From contig CAXXTB010000002.1 of NCBI GenBank assembly GCA_963676795.2, positions 832,001 through 896,000 on the forward strand: DNA of 64,000 nt, given 5' to 3'. The stretch is from Geopsychrobacteraceae bacterium. Its GTDB lineage: Bacteria; Desulfobacterota; Desulfuromonadia; Desulfuromonadales; Geopsychrobacteraceae. The notes beneath the pieces were generated by a model. The model ran no database searches and was not told the DNA's origin. It saw only the letters and a list, made by a program, of their open reading frames with translations. This document shows, in pieces, positions 22,166-33,402 of the stretch (position 1 is the first letter of the stretch; each line of letters opens with the position of its first letter). Both the position numbers and the translations under genes were made by a program.

Positions 22166-22887
22166 GCCGCATGCTCAAGGCCAGCGGCCTGAGAAAGAGC
22201 TACAGTGGTCGCGAGGTTGTCGCCGGGGTCGATATTGAGGTTCGTTCCGGTCAGGTCATGGGTCTGCTCGGACCCAACGGAGCCGGAAAGACGACCAGCT
22301 TCTACATGGTTGTCGGGTTGGCCAGGCCGGATCAGGGGCAGGTTTTCCTCGATGAACAGGAGATCACCCGATTGCCGATGTATCAGCGGGCACGGGCCGG
22401 GATCTCTTATCTTCCCCAGGAGGCGTCGGTTTTTCGCAAACTGACCGTGGCCCAGAACCTGATGGCAATTATCGAAACCCTGCGTCTGACCAGCGGTGAA
22501 CAGAAGCAGCGTCTGGAAATGTTGCTGGATGATTTCAATATTGGCCACATCCGGAATTCGAAGGGCTATGCCCTGTCCGGTGGGGAACGGCGCCGGGTCG
22601 AGATTGCCCGCTCCCTGGTTCTTGCACCCTCTTTCCTGTTGCTGGATGAACCTTTTGCCGGAATCGATCCGATTGCCGTCGTCGATATTCAGGGCGTCAT
22701 CTCGCAATTGAAGGAGCGTGGCATCGGCATTCTGATCTCCGATCATAACGTCAGGGAAACCCTGGGAGTCTGTGACCAGGCCTACATCCTCAATCAGGGG
22801 AAGATTCTGGAATTCGGAACCCCGCAATATATCGCCGACAGTCCGCTTGCCAGAGAATTTTATCTGGGGGAAAAATTTAGTCTTTAG
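22162..22887 (+). CDS. lptB: LPS export ABC ATPase LptB
   Basis: [49 protein letters not shown]. Confidence 0.97.
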   Translation: MSRMLKASGLRKSYSGREVVAGVDIEVRSGQVMGLLGPNGAGKTTSFYMVVGLARPDQGQVFLDEQEITRLPMYQRARAGISYLPQEASVFRKLTVAQNLMAIIETLRLTSGEQKQRLEMLLDDFNIGHIRNSKGYALSGGERRRVEIARSLVLAPSFLLLDEPFAGIDPIAVVDIQGVISQLKERGIGILISDHNVRETLGVCDQAYILNQGKILEFGTPQYIADSPLAREFYLGEKFSL

Positions 22888-22936
22888 TAATATGACTGCA
22901 GTGGAGATGCTCTCGTCACTTCAGAAATAAGGGAAT

Positions 22937-24394
<1,458 letters not shown>

Positions 24395-24501
24395 CTGAAT
24401 ATCGACCGCGGCGTGGGGCCTGATGCTTTGTCAGCGATTCTGCGCTATACTGTAGTTACAGGTTTCATTCCGAAACCCGCTTGATTGAAGGAGGATGCCA
24501 T

Positions 24502-25050
24502 ATGCAAATTGCTGTTACCTTCCGGCACATGGAGACTAGTGAAGCTGTCCGCAACTATGTTGAAGAAAAACTTGCCCGGGTAAAAAAATACATTGATGAG
24601 CCGATTGATGCTCAGGTTGTGCTGTCTGTTCAGAAAAAAATCAATCACCGTGCAGAAGTGACCATGGTCGCCAAAGGGTTGACCATGAAAAGCGCCGAAG
24701 AAACCAGCGATATGTATGCTGCCATCGATTTGATGGTGGACAAGATTGAGCGTCAGCTCAAGCGTTACAAGGAAAAACTCAAGCGCCACAAAGGGAGCAG
24801 TGGCCCCGAGCGGCGTGTCGAAAAAACTGTCATCTCCGCACCGAGTGTCGATGCGGACGAAGCCTCTCCGGAAATTATCCGCAGCCACTCCTTTTTCGTC
24901 AAGCCGATGTCGGTCGAGGAAGCTGTCATGCAGATGGATCTTCTCGAGAAGGACTTCCTGGTCTTTACCGACGACCGTTCTGAAGAGATGAATGTCGTCT
25001 ATCGGCGTAAAGACGGTAATTACGGTCTGATTGTCCCACAGGGCAGCTAA
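24502..25050 (+). CDS. hpf: Ribosome hibernation promoting factor (long form)
   Basis: MQIAVTFRHM..DMYAAIDL..KIERQLKRYKEK plus C-terminal KPMSVEEAVMQM..VYRRKDGNYGLI; AAGGAGG RBS. Confidence 0.93.
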   Translation: MQIAVTFRHMETSEAVRNYVEEKLARVKKYIDEPIDAQVVLSVQKKINHRAEVTMVAKGLTMKSAEETSDMYAAIDLMVDKIERQLKRYKEKLKRHKGSSGPERRVEKTVISAPSVDADEASPEIIRSHSFFVKPMSVEEAVMQMDLLEKDFLVFTDDRSEEMNVVYRRKDGNYGLIVPQGS

Positions 25051-25058
25051 TTGACCAG

Positions 25059-25093
25059 GGCGCGGGTCCTTTTAGGGGCCCGCGCCTGTTTCT
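25059..25093 (+). terminator. GC-rich hairpin after hpf (probable terminator or stabiliser)
   Basis: GGCGCGGGTCC...GGGCCCGCGCC stem followed by TGTTTCT. Confidence 0.55.
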
Positions 25094-25119
25094 GTTGACA
25101 CAAGAAAACGAACTTGACT

Positions 25120-25575
25120 ATGAAAATTTCCGAACTCCTCAATTCTCAGGCGATAGTCGCCGATCTCAAGGCCAAAGATAAAAGCAAGGCGCTGGGTGAA
25201 CTGACCGACGCACTGATTGCCTGTGAGCCATCCTTAAGTCGGGATAATGTTCTGGCCGTTCTGCTTGAGCGTGAAAAACTCGGAAGTACCGGAATCGGCG
25301 ATGGTGTGGCCATTCCGCACGGGAAACTGTCCGGTATTCCTGAGTTGAAGCTGGTTTTCGGCCGCAGTATCGGCGGTGTTGATTTTGAGTCGATGGATGG
25401 TCAGCTGGCCCATCTGTTTTTTCTGCTGATCGCTCCGGAAGAGTCGGTCGGAGTCCATCTCAAGACCCTGGCCCGGATCTCCAAGCTGCTCAAGGATCCT
25501 GCCGTTCGACAAAAGTTGATGGCTGCTGAAGGTCAGGACGAGATTTTTCAGGTTATTGTTGACGAAGAAGAATAA
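25120..25575 (+). CDS. ptsN: PTS EIIA-Ntr
   Basis: REKLGSTGIGDGVAIPH phospho-His motif; rpoN-hpf context. Confidence 0.93.
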   Translation: MKISELLNSQAIVADLKAKDKSKALGELTDALIACEPSLSRDNVLAVLLEREKLGSTGIGDGVAIPHGKLSGIPELKLVFGRSIGGVDFESMDGQLAHLFFLLIAPEESVGVHLKTLARISKLLKDPAVRQKLMAAEGQDEIFQVIVDEEE

Positions 25576-25639
25576 GCTTATTTTTCATGGCTCCGGAGCC
25601 TGATCCGGATGAGCCCAATGGCTGTGTGCCCCGGGAATT

Positions 25640-26614
25640 ATGCCGAAGCTGACAATTCAGGAAATTTTAGATGAAACAGAGGCTGGCCTCGATCTTGAGC
25701 TTCTCGCCGGAGCCGAAGGCCTGAGCAACACTGTTTCTGCGCCACGGATACAAAAGCCGGGACTGGCCCTGACCGGTTATACGACAAATCTGCATTCGGA
25801 TCGCGTTCAGGTGCTTGGTTCGACCGAACTCAGTTATCTTGAAACCCTGCCTGCTGCAAAAGCCTCAGCTCAGTTTCTTAAGCTCTGCCAGACCGGCTGC
25901 TCCTGTCTGATCATCACCAAGGACCAGGCTGCTCAGGCCTATATGCTGAAACATGCCGATCAGGAGCAGGTGCCGCTGTTGCGGACCAGCCACCTCAGCT
26001 CTCATTTTATCTCCCTGATTACCCGCTTTCTTGAAGAGCGCTTGCTGCCGACCTCGACAGTTCACGGTGTGCTGGTCGATATTCTCGGTGTCGGTGTCCT
26101 GATCCAGGGGAAAAGCGGTATCGGCAAAAGTGAGTGTGCCCTTGAGCTGGTACTGCGTGGTTATCGGCTGGTTGCCGATGACGTCGTCAGGGTCCGTTTC
26201 AAGTTGCCGTCTGTCATCTTTGGTGAGGGGATGGATCTGCTTCATCATCATATCGAAATCCGCGGTCTCGGGATTCTCAACATCAAACACCTGTTTGGCG
26301 TTGCCGCGATTCGTGAGCGGAAAAAAATCGACCTGGTCGCTGAACTTTCCGAATGGGATGATGCAAAGGTCTACGATCGGCTGGGGGCGGAGGAGAAAAC
26401 CTGCAACATCCATGGTGTTGAGCTGCCTCTGGTCGAGATTCCGGTGGCTCCGGGCCGTAACGTGAGTTCGATTATCGAGGTTGCGGCGCGCAATCAGCTG
26501 CTCAAGGAGATGGGCTATCACAGCGCCAGAGCCTTTCAGGAACTCCTCGAACAGCGCATGGCTGAAACGGCGCGTCTGCATTCCCATTCAATTATCGGCG
26601 AGGATCTTGAATGA
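25640..26614 (+). CDS. hprK: HPr kinase/phosphorylase
   Basis: HGVLVD, GKSGIGKSECALEL, LVADD, EIRGLGI, PVAPGRN. Confidence 0.96.
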   Translation: MPKLTIQEILDETEAGLDLELLAGAEGLSNTVSAPRIQKPGLALTGYTTNLHSDRVQVLGSTELSYLETLPAAKASAQFLKLCQTGCSCLIITKDQAAQAYMLKHADQEQVPLLRTSHLSSHFISLITRFLEERLLPTSTVHGVLVDILGVGVLIQGKSGIGKSECALELVLRGYRLVADDVVRVRFKLPSVIFGEGMDLLHHHIEIRGLGILNIKHLFGVAAIRERKKIDLVAELSEWDDAKVYDRLGAEEKTCNIHGVELPLVEIPVAPGRNVSSIIEVAARNQLLKEMGYHSARAFQELLEQRMAETARLHSHSIIGEDLE

Positions 26615-27471
26615 ACCGGAGGCTGTTGATCATTACCGGCCTGTCCGGCTCCGGCAAGTCGATGGCCGCGCGTTTTCTCGAGGATCAGGGCTTTTTTGTT
26701 GTCGACAACCTGCCTCTCGTCATGCTCTCCGATTTCATGCAGAAAATCGATCAGGAGCTGACCGCAGACGCCGATGTTGCTGTCGTTATCGATGTGCGTA
26801 ACCGGGGATTTCTGGTCGAATATGCCAAGATCTTCTCTCAGCTGAAGATCGAGGGGTATCTGCTGGAGATCCTCTTTTTTGAAGCGGCCAATGATGTTCT
26901 GATCAGGCGCTATTCCGAGACCCGCCGTTCGCATCCCCTGGCTATCCACGCCAGTGTCCAGGACGGTATCGATCGCGAGCGTGCCTACCTTGCCCCACTG
27001 CGTGACTCAGCAACGCGGACCATCGACACCAGCAATCTGAATTCGCGTCAGCTGCGCGATCTGCTGATCGATTATCTGGGCGGCGCGACTCAGGCTTTTC
27101 TGATCATCAACCTTGAGTCGTTCGGTTATCGCTATGGGGTTCCTCCCGCAGCTGACCTGGTCTTTGATGTGCGTTTTCTGCCCAACCCCCACTACATCGA
27201 TGAGCTCAGGCCGCTGACCGGGCTCGAACCGACGCTGCGTGAGTTCGTTCTGTCGCAGCCTCTGTGTAAGGAATTCCTCGGCCATTTGGTCCGGATGCTT
27301 GACTTCCTGGTGCCGAACTACCGGGAGGAAGGGAAGAGTTATCTGACGATTGCCATCGGCTGTACCGGAGGTCGGCATCGGAGCGTCTCGATTGTTGAAT
27401 ATCTGAAACAGAATTTCCCTGACCAGCAGGCCCTGGTTCAGGTGAATCATCGCGACATTGATAAAGGCTGA
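26611..27471 (+). CDS. rapZ: RNase adapter RapZ (YvcJ family)
   Basis: GLSGSGKS, VDNLP, RRYSETRRSHP, FDVRFLPNPH, GCTGGRHRSV. Confidence 0.96.
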   Translation: MNRRLLIITGLSGSGKSMAARFLEDQGFFVVDNLPLVMLSDFMQKIDQELTADADVAVVIDVRNRGFLVEYAKIFSQLKIEGYLLEILFFEAANDVLIRRYSETRRSHPLAIHASVQDGIDRERAYLAPLRDSATRTIDTSNLNSRQLRDLLIDYLGGATQAFLIINLESFGYRYGVPPAADLVFDVRFLPNPHYIDELRPLTGLEPTLREFVLSQPLCKEFLGHLVRMLDFLVPNYREEGKSYLTIAIGCTGGRHRSVSIVEYLKQNFPDQQALVQVNHRDIDKG

Positions 27472-27474
27472 ATT

Positions 27475-27879
27475 ATGATCGGAATGATCGTTGTGACACA
27501 CGCGTCCCTGGCCCAGGAACTGCTCAATACTGCGGCGATGATCATCGGGCCGATTGAGCGCAGCAGGGCCGTCAGTATCGATCAGGGGATGTCTCTCGAC
27601 GCGGCCAAGATCGCTCTCCAGAAAGCTCTCGAAGAGGTGAATCAGGACGGCGATGGCGTGATCATTCTCACTGACCTGTTCGGCGGCACGCCGACCAACA
27701 TCAGCGCCGATTTTCTGGGGCGGGGAGATGTTGAAATCCTGACGGGGGTCAACCTGCCGATGGTTCTGAAATGTTCCAGCGGCCGGGCTCAGTGTGCCCT
27801 GGGAACTCTTGCCGAGACCCTTAAGGATTATGCCCGCACCGCTGTTATCAGACCCTCAGAGCTGTTCAAGACAGTCTGA
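27475..27879 (+). CDS. PTS mannose-family EIIA
   Basis: IVVTHA (phospho-His), LTDLFGGTPTN, GVNLPM. Confidence 0.92.
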   Translation: MIGMIVVTHASLAQELLNTAAMIIGPIERSRAVSIDQGMSLDAAKIALQKALEEVNQDGDGVIILTDLFGGTPTNISADFLGRGDVEILTGVNLPMVLKCSSGRAQCALGTLAETLKDYARTAVIRPSELFKTV

Positions 27880-27893
27880 GTATTGGAGCTGCA

Positions 27894-28379
27894 ATGAGTC
27901 TAGTATTAACCCGGATCGATAATCGTCTCATCCATGGCCAGGTTCTTGAGGCTTGGGTCCCCTATGTTCTTGCCAATTGCATTGTTGTCGCCAACGATGA
28001 AATCGCCCTGAATCCGTTCAAGAAGATGATGATGCAGGCCTCTGTTCCGAGCCGAATGCGGGTTGAGATCGGTACCGTCGATGAGATGGTGGCCGGCTTC
28101 AAGTCCGGCATGTTTGATGGGTATAAAACCCTGCTTCTGTTTGGCACGACGAAAGACGCTCTGCACGCCTATCAGAGCGGCCTGGCTTTTTCCGATCTGA
28201 ACCTGGGCAACCTCCATGCTGACAAGGGGAAGGCCAAGCTCAGCTGTACGCTGTTTCTGGATGAGGATGATATCGCTGAACTTGATAGCCTCGCTCAGGC
28301 CGGGGTGACGATCTCGGCGCGTTGTATTCCAGGCGACAGCGACAGACCCTGGCGCAAGCTGCTGGCGGAGAGAGGGTGA
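27894..28379 (+). CDS. PTS mannose/sorbose-family EIIB
   Basis: RIDNRLIHGQV phospho-His motif, LNLGN. Confidence 0.92.
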   Translation: MSLVLTRIDNRLIHGQVLEAWVPYVLANCIVVANDEIALNPFKKMMMQASVPSRMRVEIGTVDEMVAGFKSGMFDGYKTLLLFGTTKDALHAYQSGLAFSDLNLGNLHADKGKAKLSCTLFLDEDDIAELDSLAQAGVTISARCIPGDSDRPWRKLLAERG

Positions 28380-28383
28380 GCCT

Positions 28384-29076
28384 TTGCTGCTGACTCAGGT
28401 TCTGACCGGTGCGCTCGCCGCCGTTGTCTGTGGTCTTGACCGGATTGCTGTCCTGCAGATCCTGTTGTCGAGGCCTATCGTTGCCGCTCCTCTGGTCGGA
28501 TTGCTGCTCGGGGATGTCGCGATTGGACTGCAGGTCGGGGTCATGGTTGAGCTGCTTTGGCTGGCCCGTCTGCCGGTTGGCGCCGCAATCCCTCCCGACG
28601 ATACCCAGATTGCCGTCGGGGCGACCGTACTGACCAGCTATTTCAGTAGGGTGCTGCCGGCCAGCGAACCGCAACTGGTCGTGCTTTGTCTGCTGCTGGC
28701 GCTGCCCTTCGGCAAGGTCGGGCAACTGATGGAGCGCCGTGCCAGAAGTTTTAATACCCGTCTGCAGAGACGGACCGAAGACGCACTCGAGAGGGGGCTT
28801 TTGGCGCTGGCCTTTCGTCAGCACCGGGTCGGGTTGCTCAGCTTTGCTGTGGCGGCAGTTGCCAGCTACCTGATGATTATCGTCGGTGGTCTGATTCTGG
28901 TTCCCCTCCTGTGGCCCCTGTTGAAGGCCGGACTTGGTTATTCCCACGGCTGGGTACAGCTGGCGTTCCCTCTCATCGGCATCGCCGTGATTCTGGGAAC
29001 GATCAACGTCAATCGGGCGATAACCCTGTTCTGTGCCGCCTTCGGTATGGCTTACCTGCTGATGTGGCTGCTCTGA
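28384..29076 (+). CDS. PTS mannose-family EIIC
   Basis: SRPIVAAPLVGLLLGD..G..ELLWL..PVGAAIPPD; multi-TM. Confidence 0.88.
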   Translation: MLLTQVLTGALAAVVCGLDRIAVLQILLSRPIVAAPLVGLLLGDVAIGLQVGVMVELLWLARLPVGAAIPPDDTQIAVGATVLTSYFSRVLPASEPQLVVLCLLLALPFGKVGQLMERRARSFNTRLQRRTEDALERGLLALAFRQHRVGLLSFAVAAVASYLMIIVGGLILVPLLWPLLKAGLGYSHGWVQLAFPLIGIAVILGTINVNRAITLFCAAFGMAYLLMWLL

Positions 29077-29864
29077 TGAGGTCGCTGCTTCCCTGGTATA
29101 CCCGCTTGCGGGTCTGGTTCCGGTTGATATTTCTGCAGGCCAGCTGGAACTATGAATGGCTGCAGGGGACAGGTTTCCTGTTTGCCATCTGTCCTGCACT
29201 CAGACGCCTTTATCCGGACGCGGAGCAGCTGCAGGAGGCCTGCCAGCGCCATGCCTGTTATTTCAACACGCACCCCTACCTGGCCCCGCTGGTCGCCGGA
29301 GCGGTGCTGCGCATGGAGGAAGAGCGGTCGCTGAACGACAGAGAGCAGTTTGTTTCTATCGAAGAGTTCAAAGAGATGGTTGCCGCTCCCTGCGCCGCTA
29401 TCGGCGATGCCCTGTTCTGGGGAGGTTTAAGACCTCTTGTTGGCGGCATAGCGCTGTTCTTTGCCGTTAAAGGGCTTCTCTGGGCACCGCTGATCTACCT
29501 GCTTCTGTTCAACCTGGTGCCGCTCTGGTTCCGGACCGCATTCTTTATTCGTGGCTACCGGCAGGGGATCCGCTCTGTGGAGTTTATGCAGAAGCACAAG
29601 CTGCCGGATTGGGCGATTCATACCAAGGAGGCTGCCGTCGTGGTGCTGGGTGGTCTGAGTGCCTTCATGTCCTTTGAGCTGTTACAGCAGACCACGCATC
29701 CGGAGTGGCAGGGGCTGTTGATCGCGGTCCCGGTTATTCTGTGCGGTTTTGCCGCGCGCAAAGGGGTTTCGACCCTGCTGCTGGTCTTTACTATCGTCGT
29801 TTTTATTGTTCTGCTCGGGGTCTTCTGGGCGGATTTGGTTTATTTGATATCATGGTTTTCATGA
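29076..29864 (+). CDS. PTS mannose-family EIID
   Basis: QASWNYEWLQ, YFNTHP, AAIGDALFW; ATG 29076 overlaps the EIIC stop. Confidence 0.88.
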   Translation: MRSLLPWYTRLRVWFRLIFLQASWNYEWLQGTGFLFAICPALRRLYPDAEQLQEACQRHACYFNTHPYLAPLVAGAVLRMEEERSLNDREQFVSIEEFKEMVAAPCAAIGDALFWGGLRPLVGGIALFFAVKGLLWAPLIYLLLFNLVPLWFRTAFFIRGYRQGIRSVEFMQKHKLPDWAIHTKEAAVVVLGGLSAFMSFELLQQTTHPEWQGLLIAVPVILCGFAARKGVSTLLLVFTIVVFIVLLGVFWADLVYLISWFS

Positions 29865-29885
29865 CAGAGGGATGAGTTAAGTCTT

Positions 29886-30152
29886 ATGTTGAATAAAAAC
29901 TTTACAATCGTTAATCGTCTCGGCCTTCACGCCAGGGCTGCTGCCCAGTTGGTACAGACGGCCAGCCAGTTCAAAGCTGAAGTGACTCTGAAAAAAGAGG
30001 ATGTCGAGGTCAACGGCAAGAGCATCATGGGGATTCTGCTCCTCGCGGCTCCTAAGGGGACTGCGATAGAAGTGGTTGTTAACGGCAGCGACGAGGCGGA
30101 AGCGATGATGGTGCTTTCAAACCTTATTGAGGATGGTTTTGGGGAAGATTAA
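29886..30152 (+). CDS. ptsH: Phosphocarrier protein HPr
   Basis: GLHARAA (His15) and NGKSIMG (Ser46). Confidence 0.95.
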   Translation: MLNKNFTIVNRLGLHARAAAQLVQTASQFKAEVTLKKEDVEVNGKSIMGILLLAAPKGTAIEVVVNGSDEAEAMMVLSNLIEDGFGED

Positions 30153-31914
30153 GGTCAGCGAAGATACTTATCTGGTCGGGGTCGGGGTTTCACCGGGAAT
30201 CAGCATCGGTGAAGTTGCTCTGATCGATAATCGCGTCCAGATCGATGACAGTCTGATCTCGCCCGGGTCGGTGGGAATCGAAATCGAGCGCTTTCATACT
30301 GCTGTCGATCGGGCCAGGGAGCAACTGGGTGAGATTCGCAGTCGGGTTGCCGGGATGCCGCACCTGGAGGAACACCTCTATATCCTCGATACCCATCTGA
30401 TGATTCTCGATGACAAAATGCTCGTCGATGCGAGTGTGTCGGCGATTCGCAACAGGTTGACTGCGGATGCCGCGGTCAAGCAGGTCATGGAGCAGCTGAA
30501 CCAGCAATTTGCCAATATCGAAGATGAATACCTGCGTGACAGACGCTCCGACATCGATGCGGTGGGCGATCGTCTGCTGCGCATCCTGACCGGCGTCAGA
30601 GAACGTTCCCTCAGCGATATTCCAGGTCGATCGGTCATCGTTGCTCATGATCTGTCGCCAGCCCAGACGATGCAGCTCGATCGTGAACTGATTTTCGGTT
30701 TTGTCACCGATAAGGGGGGACGCACCTCGCACACGGCGATTCTTGCCCGTTCGCTCGATATTCCCGCTGTTGTCGGTCTCGATTCGGTGACAGCGCTGGT
30801 CCAGGAACGGATGCCGGTCATCATTGACGGCTCGTCCGGTGTTGTCATTCTCCGCCCATCAGCGGCAACCTTGGCGGAATATCGCAGGCGCAAGCTGAAT
30901 TACGAGTCGCTTGAACAGGAGCTGGTCGCCTATCGCAACCTGCCGGCCAGGACCAGTGACGGTCTTGAAGTTCCACTGCGCGGCAATCTGGAACTGGAGT
31001 CCGAATTCGAACTTGCCGATAAACATGCGGCGGCAGGGATCGGTCTGTACCGGACGGAGTTCCTCTATCTGGGGCGCCAGGAACCTCCCGGTGAGGAGGA
31101 GCAGTTTGCCACCTACTGCAAGGTCTTGAAGGCCATGGACGGCCAGCCGGTGACAATCAGGACCCTGGATATCGGCGGTGACAAATTCGTCCAGGATCTG
31201 TCGCTGGAGGACGAGCCCAATCCGGCCATGGGCCTGCGGGCCATCCGCTTCTCGTTGCGTGAGGAAACGCTGTTCAGGACCCAACTCAGAGCCATCCTGC
31301 GCGCGTCGGTCTTCGGTCGGGTCCGGCTGCTCTTCCCGATGGTCTGCGGCGTCTCCGAAATCCGTTCCTGTAAAAGGATTCTTCAGGAAGAACGAGAAAA
31401 ACTCGACCAGGACGGTATCGCCTATACGCGGAATCTCGAAATCGGCATCATGATTGAGACCCCCTCTGCCGTTTTTGCCGCCCACTTCCTGGCCCGCGAG
31501 GTCGATTTCTTTTCGATCGGCACCAACGACCTGATCCAGTACTGCCTGGCGGCTGACCGCGGTAACGAGCATGTGGCCTATCTCTACAAACCGCTACATC
31601 CCGCGATCTTGAGGGCGATCAAGATGACCTGTGATGCCGCCTCAGCTGCCGGTATCGACGTCTGCATGTGTGGTGAAATGGCCGGTGAGCCGCTCTACAC
31701 CATGCTGCTGGTCGGCCTGGGGCTGAACGAACTCTCGATGAGCCCGGCCTGCGTGCCGCGGGTCAAGAGGGTTCTGCGCAGGATTTCCCGGCAGGAGTCT
31801 GACGATTTGGTCGACAGGCTGCTGACGTTGCCAACCAGCAAAGATGTGGCCTACCAGCTCGATCGGACCATGCGCGCCAAGCTTCCCGAGATTTTCGATC
31901 AGCCGCTGATTTGA
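30133..31914 (+). CDS. ptsI: PEP-protein phosphotransferase (Enzyme I, no GAF domain)
   Basis: GGRTSHTAILAR, GLYRTEF, RTLDIGGDK, MIETP, SIGTNDL, CGEMAG; start 30133 overlaps the HPr 3' end. Confidence 0.95.
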   Translation: MVLGKIKVSEDTYLVGVGVSPGISIGEVALIDNRVQIDDSLISPGSVGIEIERFHTAVDRAREQLGEIRSRVAGMPHLEEHLYILDTHLMILDDKMLVDASVSAIRNRLTADAAVKQVMEQLNQQFANIEDEYLRDRRSDIDAVGDRLLRILTGVRERSLSDIPGRSVIVAHDLSPAQTMQLDRELIFGFVTDKGGRTSHTAILARSLDIPAVVGLDSVTALVQERMPVIIDGSSGVVILRPSAATLAEYRRRKLNYESLEQELVAYRNLPARTSDGLEVPLRGNLELESEFELADKHAAAGIGLYRTEFLYLGRQEPPGEEEQFATYCKVLKAMDGQPVTIRTLDIGGDKFVQDLSLEDEPNPAMGLRAIRFSLREETLFRTQLRAILRASVFGRVRLLFPMVCGVSEIRSCKRILQEEREKLDQDGIAYTRNLEIGIMIETPSAVFAAHFLAREVDFFSIGTNDLIQYCLAADRGNEHVAYLYKPLHPAILRAIKMTCDAASAAGIDVCMCGEMAGEPLYTMLLVGLGLNELSMSPACVPRVKRVLRRISRQESDDLVDRLLTLPTSKDVAYQLDRTMRAKLPEIFDQPLI

Positions 31915-31926
31915 CCGGAATATTTG

Positions 31927-31955
31927 TTGACAGTTTTTCCCAAGCTCAATAGGAT
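31927..31955 (+). promoter_or_regulatory. Putative sigma-70 promoter of metK
   Basis: TTGACA-N17-TAGGAT, followed by a GAGGAG RBS. Confidence 0.65.
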
Positions 31956-31998
31956 GTGCAGTCTGTTGGGTTTTCAATAAGTTGAGGAGATATATAAG

Positions 31999-33168
31999 AT
32001 GGCAATGACCGACTTTTTGTTTACTTCCGAATCCGTCAGTGAAGGGCATCCGGACAAGGTTGCCGATCAGGTTTCTGATGCGATTCTGGATGCGATTATC
32101 GCACAGGATCCCAAGGCCCGTGTTGCTTGTGAAACTCTGGTGACCACCGGCCTGGCCATGATCGCCGGTGAGATTACAACGACTGCAAACGTCGATTTTA
32201 CCACTATCGTCCGTGAAACGATCAAGGAGATCGGTTACGACAGTTCCGATATGGGTTTCGATTATGCGACCTGTGCCGTACTTAACGCTGTCGGTAAGCA
32301 GTCTCCCGATATTTCCCAGGGGGTCACCGAAGGGGAAGGGCTGCACAAGGAACAGGGCGCCGGCGACCAGGGGCTGATGTTCGGTTTCGCCTGTGACGAA
32401 ACGCCGGAACTGATGCCGATGCCGATCATCTATGCCCACAAGCTGACCAAACGGCTGGCGGATGTCCGCAAGAGCGGTGACCTCGCTTTTCTGCGTCCGG
32501 ACAGCAAGTCCCAGGTTTCGATTCAGTACATCGATGACAAGCCGGTGCGTATCGATACCGTTGTTATCTCTTCTCAGCATACACCTGAGGTCGCTCACGA
32601 GACCCTGGAAGAGGCGATCATCGAAGAGGTCATCAAGAAGACCCTGCCGGCTGAGCTGCTCGACGCCAAGACCCGTTACCTGATCAATCCGACCGGCCGT
32701 TTCGTTGTTGGTGGTCCGATGGGCGACTGCGGTCTGACCGGCCGTAAGATCATCGTCGATACCTACGGTGGTCAGGGCTCTCACGGCGGTGGTGCCTTCA
32801 GCGGTAAGGACCCCTCCAAGGTTGACCGCAGCGCCTCCTACATGGGCCGCTACATCGCCAAGAACCTCGTCGCTGCCGGTCTGGCAACCAAGTGTGAGGT
32901 TCAGCTGGCCTATGCGATCGGCGTTGCCGAACCGGTTTCGGTCATGATCAATACCTTCGGCACCGGCGTTGTTCCTTCCAACCGGATTGCTGAGATCGTC
33001 CGCGAAGAGTTCGATATGCGTCCGGCCGGAATCATCAAGCAGCTTGACCTGCTCAAGCCGGTCTATCGTCAGACTGCCGCTTACGGTCACTTCGGCCGTG
33101 AACTGCCTGGCTTCACCTGGGAGCAGACCGACCGTATCGAGTCGCTCAGATCCCGCGCCGGTTTCTAA
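31999..33168 (+). CDS. metK: S-adenosylmethionine synthetase
   Basis: [34 protein letters not shown]. Confidence 0.98.
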   Translation: MAMTDFLFTSESVSEGHPDKVADQVSDAILDAIIAQDPKARVACETLVTTGLAMIAGEITTTANVDFTTIVRETIKEIGYDSSDMGFDYATCAVLNAVGKQSPDISQGVTEGEGLHKEQGAGDQGLMFGFACDETPELMPMPIIYAHKLTKRLADVRKSGDLAFLRPDSKSQVSIQYIDDKPVRIDTVVISSQHTPEVAHETLEEAIIEEVIKKTLPAELLDAKTRYLINPTGRFVVGGPMGDCGLTGRKIIVDTYGGQGSHGGGAFSGKDPSKVDRSASYMGRYIAKNLVAAGLATKCEVQLAYAIGVAEPVSVMINTFGTGVVPSNRIAEIVREEFDMRPAGIIKQLDLLKPVYRQTAAYGHFGRELPGFTWEQTDRIESLRSRAGF

Positions 33169-33188
33169 ACAGTCTTTAGATAAAATTT

Positions 33189-33223
33189 AAAAAAGCGAGT
33201 CCGCTATCGGGCTCGCTTTTTTT
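33189..33223 (+). terminator. Intrinsic terminator after metK
   Basis: AAAAAAGCGAGTCCG-ctat-CGGGCTCGCTTTTTTT hairpin with U-tract. Confidence 0.85.
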
Positions 33224-33327
33224 GTCCCTTTTTTTACCGACAATGCCGATTTGTACAATCCCGTCGTTATTGCCTCCACGCTGCACCAACTGTCGAAAAC
33301 AAAACAATGTCCGATGCTAAATCCTGG

Positions 33328-33356
33328 TTGACCGACAAAAGGCGGTGTATTAGATT
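33328..33356 (+). promoter_or_regulatory. Putative sigma-70 promoter of the three-gene exported-protein operon
   Basis: TTGACC-N17-TAGATT; GGAGG RBS before ATG 33403. Confidence 0.55.
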
Positions 33357-33402
33357 GCGTTATGTTTTGTAACAGTATGTTAATTGCCACATTGGAGGAT
33401 TT

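Noticed and set aside
31915..31998. SAM riboswitch before metK
   Set aside because: The 84-nt gap is filled by a promoter and RBS; no SAM-I core is visible.
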